From Rhizodiscina lignyota (lineage: Eukaryota), in contig ML978122.1 in NCBI GenBank assembly GCA_010015805.1, positions 1 through 64,000 of the forward strand: 64,000 nt of DNA. Direction: 5' to 3'. The translations under genes were made by a program, and so were the position numbers. Numbering within the stretch: the stretch's first letter is position 1; every line of letters begins with the position of its first letter. This document shows positions 1-11,340 of the stretch, one piece after another. Under the pieces are notes generated by a model. It was not told where the DNA came from. It made no database searches and saw nothing but the letters and a program-made list of their open reading frames with translations.

Positions 1-95
1 CTAACCCTAACCCTAACCCTAACCCTAACCCTAACCCTAACCCTAACCCTAACCCTAACCCTAACCCTAACCCTAACCCTAACCCTAACCCTAAC
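1..95 (+). repeat. Telomeric repeat array (CCCTAA)n, i.e. TTAGGG on the minus strand; left chromosome end
   Basis: Perfect ctaacc repeats run from base 1 to about 95. This is the canonical telomere repeat of filamentous ascomycetes. Confidence 0.99.
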
Positions 96-3000
96 GCCCT
101 CCTTAACCTCCCTAACTACCTCTCTAAACATCTCTGCGTCGACCTTGCTTCCTACCCTTAAATACTCCTTAAACTCGTGCCCTGCGTACGCCCTATCGCC
201 TATTGCATGACAATATGCATAACCCGCGTACTACTCCTTTAATATATCCTTTAACCTCTACTCTATAATTATCTGTTCTTGTTATAATACCCTCTCGCCC
301 TTTACTCTAGCCTTACGCCTTGTTATCTTCCTATTAAACTCTATCCTTAACTCTTGCCTTTTCCTCTCGTCCCTACTTCTATCCCTACTATCATCGCTGT
401 TCTCATCAATAACCCTCTTTCTCCCTCTCCCCTTACTCTGCCTGCTCTAGCTATGTATGTACGCCTACTACAATTCTACCTGCTATAATTCTACCTGCTG
501 TAATCTCTTTGCCTGCTACAATCCCTCTGCCTACTATAATCCCTTTGCCTACTACAATCCCTCCGCCTGCTACAATCCCTCTACCTACTATAATCCCTCT
601 TACTACTACAATCCCTCTACCTGCTATAATCCCGTCTACTACTATAATCCCTCCCCCTATAACTACCCTTCTCCCTCCTGTAATCGCCTCTTGTAATACA
701 TGTTATACGCCTCCTCTCCCTCCTTATACCCCTTCTTATCCCTCCTACTATCTATTACCCTATCTAATACTACCCTCCTATACTAGCTATTACCCTACGA
801 ATCTACAAACTCTATTATATTATCTTCTATCCCCTACTAGCTCCTATCCTCCTATATAACCTTACCTATCCTCTAATCGACCTTAACCACCTGTAACACG
901 ATCGACTTACACGCCCTCCTATCCCTACCTGCCCTACCGCTCTCCTATACGAAACTCCTTAACTTCCTTACCCTACCTATATATATAACTACCCTAATCA
1001 TTAGCGTATTAACCCCTAATCCTAACGCGTTTGTCGCTATAAAAACCTGCTCTATACCTTCTTTTAACACCTATAACAACTTCGCCTTTTCTTCTTTACC
1101 GCCTACTACTCTATAGAAATACTTATACCCTAAAACCTTTGCTAACCTCTCTATCTTCTTAACTATATCGTAATATACTATAATCTAGCCTAGTATCGTA
1201 TACTACGCCCTCTTCTCCTCTACTAATCTAACTACTGTCTCCTCCTCTTTCGCCTAGCTATAAAAAATCACCTAGTATTTAATATTCTTCTTTATAGTTA
1301 GCGCCCTAAACTAATACTCTCTTTTTCCCTCTCCCTCTCCCTCTCCCTCTCCTTCTATACTCTCTCTTTTACTACTACTACTACTCTCTCTATTGCTACT
1401 ACTATTACTCTCCCTACTACTACTACTACTACTGCCGCCTCTCTTCTTACTATTACTACCGCTAAACCCTATTAATCTTTTAAACTCTAGCTTGTCTACT
1501 AGTAGTAATGTTACTATTAAAAATACTATCTATGTCTCTACTCTAATTAACTCCCTTAACCGCAAAACCCGACTTCTCTACCTGCCCCTCTCGCTCGAAT
1601 CTAATACTACGTAGTACTCGTTAATTACTACCCGATCTAACCGGCCTATCGCCCTTTACCTGTTTAAAAACTAGCTAAACGCTGTGCCTACTACTAACTC
1701 TAGCGTTACGAATATAATTAACGCCTACTTATGCGGCCTTACGCTACTCTACTCTACGCACTCTATCCCCGCCGCCTTGTATCTAGCCGCTATATCCTGC
1801 CTTAACATGATTAATGGTACTACTACTACTATTATGCCCGTAGAATAAAACGCTAGTAATATGAATAACAAACTCTTACCCTCTCTTGTCGCTATAATCG
1901 CTACTACTAGGCTTCTCTACTATATAATCGCCTTAATTACTAGCTCTTATAACCCTCTAAACTCTACGTCTAGCCTAACTAACTTCTGTAACTACTTCCT
2001 TATGTCTGTCTTCTATATTACTACCTACCTCCTAAACTCTTCTTCCTCCGCCTGCTGCCTCTTATAGGCTGCTACTAAACCCTGCTTAGCCGGCTCCTAC
2101 AACGCTGATTCGAACATTAAAAACTTATACTACTCCTTACTAACCTTCCGAAACATGACCTACTGCGCTATAGTATAGAATAGCGACTTATCGACGCCTC
2201 TACTATATATACCCTCCCCTATCTACGCGCTATAGCCTGTCTGTAAATGGAATCTAACCTCTCTCTAATTAAACCCGTCGATATGCTGCCCCTCCTCCCC
2301 CTCGTCCTCTCCCTACTACCTACTATCCTTATCTCCTCTTGTAATAGCTTGGATAATAGCCTTATTATTAATATACTGCCTGTAAATCGCCTTACTACTA
2401 TACCTCTAATATATAATGTTTATCCTTACCCTTAAATATGTTATACTAGCCTTCTAGATCGCTTTTCTAACCCTATCTATATCCTAATACACTATCTTTA
2501 TCGACGGTAGCTACTATCTATCCTCTCTATTATCCCTTTCTCCTCCTCCTCCTCCTCCTCGCTATCTTCTCCCTCTTATCTTTAGGCCCTACTACGCCTA
2601 TTCTAGCTTTAGCTCCTATAAAAACGGGCTGTAGCCGCTTCTACTACTACTAGCGATATTTCTACTATTGTTACTAGTAATATTACTACTACTATCTCCT
2701 TTAACCTCTACTACCGCTACTACCGCCGCTACTATTAATACAATAGTAGAAATACTCTCTAACCTATCCTAAAATAGCCTTACTAACTATAAATCGTATA
2801 ATAACAACGACCCGACCTCGTGTAGTAAATACTAGTAGATTACCTTCTCCCTACTACTAAACCCTACGCCCTTATAGTACTATACTATATATACTACTAT
2901 CCCGTCCTCTATAAAAATGCCTCTGCCCGTACTGTCCGCGCTGTTCTTATACTATACTATAACGATCTCTATACCCCTAGCCGGCTATCCTCCCGTTATA

Positions 3001-5462
3001 TACATTAATACTAATAAATCCTACCTATACGCGTCTAAATCCTTCTTATACTACTAGATCCTATCTTTCTTCTATATAACTAGATCGCCGCTATTCTGCT
3101 ACTACCGCCGCTACTACTACTACTAGCTTCTACGGATTATATCGTGCGTAGCCTTAGTATTAACAAACTCCTCGCGTAACTGCCGCTCCCCTATAACTCT
3201 GTCTACTATCTACTTACTACTGTCGACGCTGCTAAACGCCTCTCTATTCTACTTGTTGTCTATAAAACTCTACCTAACCCTTATCTCCGCTATATTATCT
3301 ACTATCTAGTCTATCTTTACCGGTAGTAACCGCGTTGTCGTATCCGCGCTATTAGGCCGGCCCTTATCGTTAATATGTAATAATAATAACCTCTTCTTAA
3401 ACCTTAACTACGATGCGTATACTAACCTGTAGATTATCGCCCGTAAATCCGGTATGCTAAAACTAATATAGCTATATAATAACCTGTTACTAACCTAATC
3501 TACTACTCTATCTACTACTATACTATAATATACCTTTAACCCGTATATCCTTAACATTAAAACCTAATTTATTAGCGTTAGCTTACTACTAAATGTAGTC
3601 AACGTTATAAACTTGTATACTATCTCCTACGCTAACTAGAAATAGGTTAGCGCCTTCTTTAATGCCTCTACCCGGCTAAAACCTTACTCTTCCCTTATCT
3701 CTTTAATTACTACTTCCCTTATTAACTTCACGCGGTATAAAACTAATATCCTAGCGACTATAACAACTGCTAACAATGCTCGCGTCGCCCTAGACAGCCC
3801 TTTCTACGTATAATCCTTATCTAACCCTAAAACCGCCAATCCGCTAACGATACTATTTGTATATGCGTTATTCTACATATCGTAGTCTAATAATACGATT
3901 AAAAACTCTAATATTACTGCTTTTACCTTACTATCTTCTTTATCTCCTTCCCTCTTTTCCTCTCCTTACTCCTACTCTTACTCCTACTCTTGCCCCTACC
4001 CCTATACCTTCTTACCCTACTCCTCTTCACGCCTAATAGCCTGTCTAACCTATATTAATACTCTAACCTATCTACTAGTCAATCTATATAGCGGTCTTTT
4101 CTACCTAATACTATTTTCTGCCTCTTCTCTCCTATCCCTCCCTTCTTACCTTCTTCCCTCTTACCTAGCCCTTTCGATCTCTATATACATCTCCTTATCT
4201 AACCCTAAATCCCTTTTTAAATCTTCCTCTAAATCCTCTTCTACTAGCCCTATTAACACGTCCCCTAACCTGCTATTACCGTTACTACTACTACTACTCC
4301 TACTACTCCTCCTCCCCCTCCCCCCTTTTATCGCCTCTAGTAAACCCTACGTCCTCTAAATATAATAAACTACCTTATACTAAACCTTAGTATACCTCTT
4401 AATCGTCTTACCTTGCTACCTTACGTTTAACGGCTTTTTATTTAATGTCTCGCCCGTCTTTCTCCTATTTATATAACATGTAGCTGTAAAACCTATAACT
4501 TCTAGCTGTACTACCTTTTACGCCTCCTAAATAACTATCTGTACTATATTATACACCTTAACTAACTCTTACTCTCTTCTCGTATTTATTATACTACTAC
4601 TTTTACTATTGCTTTCGCTATTACTTTCGCTATTACTACTTTCGCTACTACTATTATTACTACTATCGTCGCTACTACTACTATTACTATTACTATTACT
4701 CCTATCTCTATCTACTAGTATCTTTACTATCTTAACTAACTACTTACGGTTAAACCCCTTTAAATGCCTTACCTATCTTACCCTCTTTAACTACGTCTAT
4801 AGTACGTATCTATTCGTGTCGGCCTAGACTATCGCCCTCTCCTCCTTAGCCTCTCGCTTTAACCGCTCGTCTACTAATATAAAAACCCTCTTTATCTACT
4901 GCCTTATAACGTGCTATATCTACTTATCCCTATTAACTATACTTTCTCCTTTATCTCTTTTACCCTTACCCCCTAGCCTCGCTATTACCTTAAATAACTA
5001 CTACTACCCTCCTATCCTAAAAAACTGCTAGTAATACACGCCTACCGTCTATATCTCGTACTCTCGCGCCTTTACAATAGCTAACCTTATTACCCTACCG
5101 CGGCCGCGCCTATTTACCTACCTATACTCTTACCTATAATACTTCTACATATCCTCTCGCGTGTAGCGTATATGTCCGCACTTGTCGTACTAATAACTAT
5201 CGTCCTATAACTGTAAACTAGCTAATAGCGCTAACGTAGGCTCTAGATACTAGACCTCCTTACGCGTGACTACGATGTCTTCTACTACGATACTACTTAC
5301 CTCTACTATAATCGCCCTACGCGCGTCTACTATTAACTTACTCTTATACTTCTAGCTTAAATGTAAACTTATACTACTCCTAATAATAGCGTACCTGTAC
5401 CTCCTGTAAATAATCGCCTTATACTATAGTAAATACTCGAAATAATCGCTAAAACCTGCTAT
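96..5462 (-). pseudogene. TLH: RIP-inactivated telomere-linked RecQ helicase (TLH) with N-terminal DUF3505-like zinc region and central recombinase-like region
   Basis: Minus-strand translation, with reconstruction in brackets. N-terminus DYFEYLL*YKAIIYRRYRYAI (EH..YKAIICRRCRYAI). Helicase motif I/Ia IIATREGKSLLFILLA..VVVVPLIMLRQD (~1800-1910). Motif II RLDRVVINEYY (DECH, ~1610-1645). Motif III VFLIVTLL (LTATLP, ~1500-1530). Motif V FIATNALGLGVN (~1010-1045). Motif VI FV*ESGRAGRD (QESGRAGRD, ~920-955). Zn-binding YRRVVLD..GYKEGEEAYNMY (CRR..C..CD.C, ~698-785). Coordinates are approximate. Confidence 0.93.
457..690. repeat. 18-bp minisatellite within the TLH relic, encoding ancestral (AEGLQQ)n
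   Basis: Unit is roughly TACTACAATCCCTCTGCC, about 10-12 degenerate copies. In the helicase frame it reads AEGL**/AEGL*Q, consistent with CAG>TAG RIP changes. Confidence 0.88.
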
Positions 5463-6110
5463 CTCTCCCCTAATCTTTTAATCTCCCTCCCTCCTTAGTT
5501 CTACTATAGGTTCTTCCTTAACTAACGACTAGGGCAACTATTAAATAGCCTTCTAAACTTAATAATACGTCTTATTATCTACTTAAATCCCTAATCTTCT
5601 CCCCCTTTTCTTATTTCGTAGCTTTAACGCTTTAGCCCCTAGCTACACTACGCGCGCACGCCTACCCGCCCGCCCTACTTAAAACACGCGACTATAAAAC
5701 TACTTTTATACTACGGAAATAGGCGCGTACTACCCTATTAACCTACTATATTCGACTATAGCTTACCTACCTTTAACTATAATATACTACCTACTATTCT
5801 ACCTGCCTACTACGTCCGACCGCGACTTATTTTACTTACTACGTACTATACTAAACTACTAATCCTACTCGGATCACGTGACCGCGAATACGAAAACTCC
5901 TGTATACCGCGGACTACGGCTACAACGTAACAATGTACTATAACCCTAATAGTTCTAACTACATGGCCGGGTTAGGCGCGGCTAGGACTATATTTCTACA
6001 CACTTAAAACCTGCCCCTAGGCGCTACTTTACTACTTTCTCGCAAATTAGGTTCGACTCTAAACCCTAAATCAGTCCGACCCCCTCCTTATCCTACTAGC
6101 GCTAAATTTG

Positions 6111-6209
6111 TTAGCAGGTTTAAATTAGTTCGACTTAAACTAGTCATATAGTACGAGTTAGCAGGTTTAAATCGGTTCGACTCGAACTAGTTGTATAGTA
6201 CGAGTTAGC
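6111..6209. repeat. 47-bp tandem repeat, 2 copies plus 5 bp
   Basis: TTAGCAGGTTTAAATTAGTTCGACTTAAACTAGTCATATAGTACGAG (6111-6157) is followed by TTAGCAGGTTTAAATCGGTTCGACTCGAACTAGTTGTATAGTACGAG (6158-6204). The differences are all transitions. Confidence 0.92.
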
Positions 6210-9050
6210 TCCTTCTACCGCCTCTACGCCTCTACTAAGCACTAGAGCGTGCTATATCTAGCTCGCCCTAAGGTACTCTTATAGGCCGGCGTTAGTTAGG
6301 CCTGCCTAAAAGTTAACTATGCTACTATAAGTGCTATTACCTGTCCGCGGCATGTGTAAGGCCTACTAGTAGAGCGCCTTAGACATACTAGCTCTACTTA
6401 CACCTCTAGCGCCCTCGCGCTTAGCGCTAGCCTACTTATTACTCGCCTAGTCGATGTTAAGCTAGTAGCCCTAGCCGGCGAACTTCTTAATTGTAATGCC
6501 TACTACTAGCTGCCTTTAGGCCTATACTATTAGCCCTACCCTAATCGCCTATAGTAACTCTATAGCGAGTACCTTCGTTATCCTCTTTTTAGACTAGTAC
6601 GACCGCCTACTATGCTAGAGATACTTGCTTACTACTAGTAGTACTCTAGTCTTAGCTAATAGCTACCTCCTAAACAGCTATACTAGCGTAAGGAAGCGTA
6701 AGAGTAGCTCGCCGGCCTATAGTAGTAGGAAGCGCGCTAGGAACCTTAAGGCGTTAGTTATGTTAAGTAACTTGTAGTAGGTTAGTATAAAGACTAGGTA
6801 GCTATTATATATAAATAGGTTGCGCTTATCCGCCTACTAATTGTACTAGCGTAGCCTAAGCAGCTTTAGCCGCCTTACTAGCTAGCTAGACCTAATATAG
6901 AAGAGGACGAGAATATACTTAAGGAAGCGCTATACCGCGTCCTTATACTACGCTATAGCGGCGCTATCTAGCCGCTAAGGCCTAGAGCTATCGCCTATAG
7001 TCGTATAAAATAGTAGTCCTATCTTCTTAGGCTAGACTCTTAGCTACTTAAGTAGGAGGTACTACATAGTCTATAGTAGCGTCTTATTCCTTGTATTAGT
7101 AAGGAACGATACCCTAAAAGAGGTAGTATCCTAGTTGTTAACTAGCTTACCTATCTTAGGAATAATACTAGCCTTAGCCTTAGCCTCCTCTTCTACTAGC
7201 CTAAAGTAGAGGTCCTTATATAGTACTATACTCGCTACTACTAGCTTATACCTAATTAGCGCCTTAATCTATCCTATCTAAAGCTATATATCCCTATAGA
7301 CGATTATCTTCCTATTAGCGTACTAGCGTACCTACGCCTAGTTAATAGTATTACACGCAATCTCGAACCTAAGTAGCCGCGTCGAGCTTAGCTCTCTAAC
7401 TAGCCTAAGCGTATTATTAAGTAGCTACTTATCTTAGAAGGTAATAATCTAACTACTAAGGCTGCCTAGAACGCCTAGGTCGATAAGCCGTATGTAGTAT
7501 AGTAGTATAAGTAGCTAGCTATTATAGATAAGCTATAAGAGGTAGCTTATATAGTTGCTAACTTTTATCCACGCCTTTTAGCCCCTATTCTAGGTAATAA
7601 CAGCTGTAAACGAGACTATAGCTAAGTTAAAGACGTACTACTCGAGGTACTACTATATTAGTAAGATGCTAAAGTTGAGTATAGTATTATTAAGTACTAC
7701 CTTTATACGCCTCTCTTCTTTTGTCTCTTACTACTACTACCTTCTTCCCTTTACCTTCTTACTCTTATCCTTCTCCTTCTCCTTCTCCTTACCCTTTACT
7801 TTTATATTAAATAATAGTACCTACTACGCGCCTTCCTAAGCCCTTTCGAAATACTACTACTACTATTATATAGTAGTAAATAGTAGCTCCCCTCTTTTAC
7901 TCTTACTCTTACTCTTACTTTTACTCTTACTTTTATCTTCGCTTTTAGTCTTACTCTTAATCCTACTCTTCTCTTTACTCTTAACAACTTCTTCTACCCT
8001 TACCGCCTTTACTATTACTAGCTGCCTATCTCTAATTACCCTAACCCTATAGAAGTAGTAGGCGAGCTTTTACTATATGCTTATATAGTACTACCTCGAC
8101 TACTTATTCTATAGTAGTATAATAGGATCCTACGAGATTTCCGCCGCGTAGAAGGTATTTAGTAGCCTAGCGTTAAGCTTAGTTAGCTACTACTACTCCT
8201 AGCTACTACCCTTAAAGAGGTTAAAGCCTTACTTTAGCAGCCTATTAATACTATTACATACTATAGCTAGCTCTAGCTCTACTACTACGCTAGCTAGCTT
8301 ATATAATACTACTAGCTTATTAATTAGTAGCCTCTAGAGATAGCTATAATACCCTATCGCCTTTAGCTATAGCGTTACCTTTAATATATACTCTTACTCC
8401 TATAGCGCCTTACTATACTACTTAAGCCATTTCTACTAGGCCTATTAGTATCTTATAGTAATACCGTCCTAGTTGCTACTACTATTACTAGGGCTATTAA
8501 GGCTAATACTATTATTAGTAGCGCTATTATTGTTAATATAGCTATAATAGGCGGAAACCTTAAAATAGACGATACGATTCCGTTTTGCCTATAAGGTTTA
8601 TAGTATAACGCGCTTATATAGCTATTACTATAGCTACTTATTATCCTAATAGTAATAGCCGCGGCTTAGCTTCGCTTTATACGCCTTAGAGTAGTACTTA
8701 TATATATTAGTAATATTAATAGAGCGAAAGTAGTACTATAAGTATTAATAGCCCTTATATACTACTAGACTAGGTACTAGTAGCGCTCTGTCTTCTAGCT
8801 AGATAGTATTAATATCGTAGCCTACTAAGCCCTAAGCCTTAAGATACTAGGTAAGGTAGTCTCTATCCTTCTTTAAGACGTAGTATAGGTCTTATAGGTA
8901 CTAGTTAAGGGTTATAAGGGTATAGTAGCTACTATACTCTATACATACGACTACCTTATATAGCTCTACAAACTATAAGAAGGGCGATAGACTAAGCGTG
9001 CTATTATTATTGCTATTATCGCTAATAGTTACAATATACGTATTTATTGT
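6200..9050 (-). pseudogene. Second RIP-inactivated TLH-family gene (DUF3505 plus recombinase-like region, no helicase domain)
   Basis: Minus strand: YKVVVCIEYSSYYTL..N*YL*DLYY (CIECxxC..H...HH, ~8880-8960). RFLKYILVLFYIRSS*LVRRLKLL..KRNLFIYNSY..LTYYK (GSGQPARRPE..RNLFIHDG..YHK, ~6770-6930). A*RQLVVGITIKKF (WRQ, ~6480-6520). LY**ALHMPRTGNSTY..AS*I*HAL (HWQASH....Y..S..WH, ~6245-6375). Confidence 0.82.
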
Positions 9051-9194
9051 TATAGATGTAAATACGCGTTTTTTTTAAGCAATACTAGTTTTACTAGAGA
9101 TCTAAAAAGCTAGTTTTAAGGGAGGTAGCCCGTGCTAGCGACCCCCGCCTATACTAAAAAAAAGCTAGTTTTACTATAACTAGTACGAACCTAA
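8440..9194. repeat. ~755-bp direct repeat, copy 1 (5' part and upstream end of the second TLH-family relic)
   Basis: Colinear with 10583-11340 from GCCTATTAGTATCTTATAGTAATAC to ACTAGTACGAACCTAA. Mismatches are almost all C>T or G>A. Confidence 0.93.
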
Positions 9195-9399
9195 TATGTT
9201 AGGAGGAGAGGGATTTATAATAGGTTCTTAAAGGGTAGTAAATTACGACGTAATCTATATATATAATATAAGGGGTAGGCAAGTAAAATTAGGAAGGTAA
9301 TACGTTTCTAAGTATTAATAAGGGGGTAAAATAGGGCAAGTTATAAGAAGGTAACGCGTTTTAAAGTAGAATACTTAAGTAGGTCCTATAATATCTCTA

Positions 9400-10400
9400 A
9401 ATACTAAAAAGTATTTAGTAGCTTTATATTAAGCCTATTTAACTATTTACTCTAGCTATTTCTACTATCCCTTAAAATCTCTATTATAGTATATAGTACT
9501 TAGTTAATACTACTATAGACTTCTACTAGAGTTAGCTTATCTACTACGCGTACTACCTTATATAACCCTAGTAGCTTATCTAGTAAAAGGCTTTTAAAGT
9601 AGCTATAATAGCCTATTAACTTTAGCTATAGTATTAGCTTAGAAATATAGTTATATAGCTATATAAGCTTTTTATTTAACTTAAGCTAGTACTACTAGGC
9701 TTACTTATACCTTACTATAATACTATTTTAGCTCTCTTCTAGTAGTTATTATAGTATCTTACCCTTTTCTTTCTACTTTTTTCCTTATACCTACTTCTAC
9801 TATATCTTCTTTTTAGTACTACTACTACTACTACTACTAACTATAAAGTACTTAATATAGCCTTTCTTTACTTATAGAGTCTATATTTTAGTATAGTAAT
9901 ATAGTAGGTAGTAGTATCTATACCTTAACTTTAGGCTATATATAGTATAGTAGTACTTTAATATATTAGTATTATTATAAGAGTAAGACTTATAATTATA
10001 ATTATAGTTATAGCTATAACTTTCGCTTTTATCGTTATTTCTATTATTATTATTACTATTACTATTATTATTATTATTATTACTAGAGTTAGAGTAGTAT
10101 AAATAGTACTTAAAGCCTATATATATTAAGAGGTTATAGACTAAAAGTATACTATTCTTAGGCTAGATAACGTCTATATTAAAAGTAGCTAGTAGCTTAT
10201 TACTATCTAAAAAAAACTACTTAAAGGCTATCTTATCCTATTTTAATATATAATACTAGTCTTATAAGTACTAGTTAATAGTCTAAAGAATATAGCTACT
10301 ACTATACTCTATATATATAACTACCTTATAATACTACTCTAAGTATAGTAACTAGAGTAGTAATTTAAAGGCGCCTTCTCTACTACTACTACTCTTTAAG
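9400..10400 (-). pseudogene. Third, more diverged DUF3505-type 5' fragment, heavily RIPed
   Basis: Minus strand ~10095-10335 reads YKVVIYIEYSSSYIL*TIN*YL*D*YY...DVI*PKNSILLVYNLLIYIGFKYYLY, which parallels the N-terminus of the second relic. Upstream GATCTAAACATATAGTTTTAAGAGGAGG (~10491) resembles ~9099-9126. Boundaries are uncertain. Confidence 0.65.
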
Positions 10401-10582
10401 TATACTAATATTACTAGACTAGTTAAAAAGAAGCGTTATAAAGGTATAGATTAGTTTAGTTACTTTTAAATAACATAAGGTTTTAGTAAGGATCTAAACA
10501 TATAGTTTTAAGAGGAGGATTATATACTAGCTACTAAAATAACTTATAGTTATATAGTAACTAGAGCGAATATATGTGTTAA

Positions 10583-11340
10583 GCCTATTAGTATCTTATA
10601 GTAATACTATCCTAGTTACTACTACTATTACTAGGGCTATTAAGACTAATACTATTATTAGTACTATTATTATTAATATAGCTATAATAGGTAGAAACCT
10701 TAAAATAGATAATATAATTCTATTTTACTTATAAGGTCTATAGTATAATACGCTTATATAGCTATTACTATAGTTACTTATTATCCTAATAGTAATAGCT
10801 ATAGCTTAGCTTTACTTTATACGCCTTAAAGTAGTACTTATATATATTAGTAATATTAATAGAGTAAGAGTAGTACTATAAGTATTAATAGCCCTTATAT
10901 ACTAGTAGACTAAGTACTAGTAGTACTTTATCTTTTAGCTAGATAGCGTTAATATTATAGCCTACTAAGCTTTAAGCCTTAAGATACTAGGTAAAGTAAT
11001 CTCTATCCTTTTTTAAGATATAGTATAAGTCTTATAAGTACTAGTTAAAGGTTATAAAGGTATAGTAGCTACTATACTCTATATATATAACTACCTTATA
11101 TAGCTCTATAAACTATAAGAAAAGTAATAGACTAAGCGTACTATTATTATTACTATTATTACTAATAGTTATAATATATATATTTATTATTATAGATATA
11201 AATATATATTTTTTTAGTTTTTTTTAGTAATACTAGTTTTACTAGAGGTCTAAAAAGCTAGCTTTAGAGGAGGCTAGCCTATACGCTTATTAATAACTAC
11301 CGAAAAAAAGCTAGTTTTACTATAACTAGTACGAACTTAA
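10583..11340. repeat. ~758-bp direct repeat, copy 2 (more heavily RIPed duplicate of the element end)
   Basis: Matches 8440-9194 and ends in ACGAACTTAA, the terminal motif with one C>T change. Confidence 0.93.

Larger units (their letters stand above)
6046..9195 (-). mobile_element. Putative ~3.15 kb RIP-inactivated element with 10-bp terminal inverted repeats, carrying a DUF3505/tyrosine-recombinase-like gene
   Basis: ATTAGGTTCG at 6046-6055 and its exact reverse complement CGAACCTAAT at 9186-9195 bracket the relic gene. Repeated subterminal motifs occur at both ends (GTTCGACT x3 left, CTAGTTTTA x3 right). A second copy of the right end (10583-11340) loses homology at the same motif. Confidence 0.55.

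Noticed and set aside
5940..6070. TAACCCTAA, GGGTTAGG and AACCCTAA read as interstitial telomere tracts
   Set aside because: These are single units only, and they are expected by chance in RIPed, CTA-rich DNA.
6111..6209. 47-bp repeats read as a CRISPR-like array
   Set aside because: There are only two adjacent copies, with no spacers, in a eukaryotic context.
457..7987. Short ORFs in the AT-rich block (YYNPS repeat, poly-Leu and VRVK ORFs)
   Set aside because: They are antisense or off-frame by-products of low-complexity, RIP-mutated TLH-family sequence.
8440..11340. Direct repeats read as the LTRs of a retrotransposon
   Set aside because: The repeat contains DUF3505-like coding sequence, lacks TG...CA ends, and the interior shows no gag/pol motifs.
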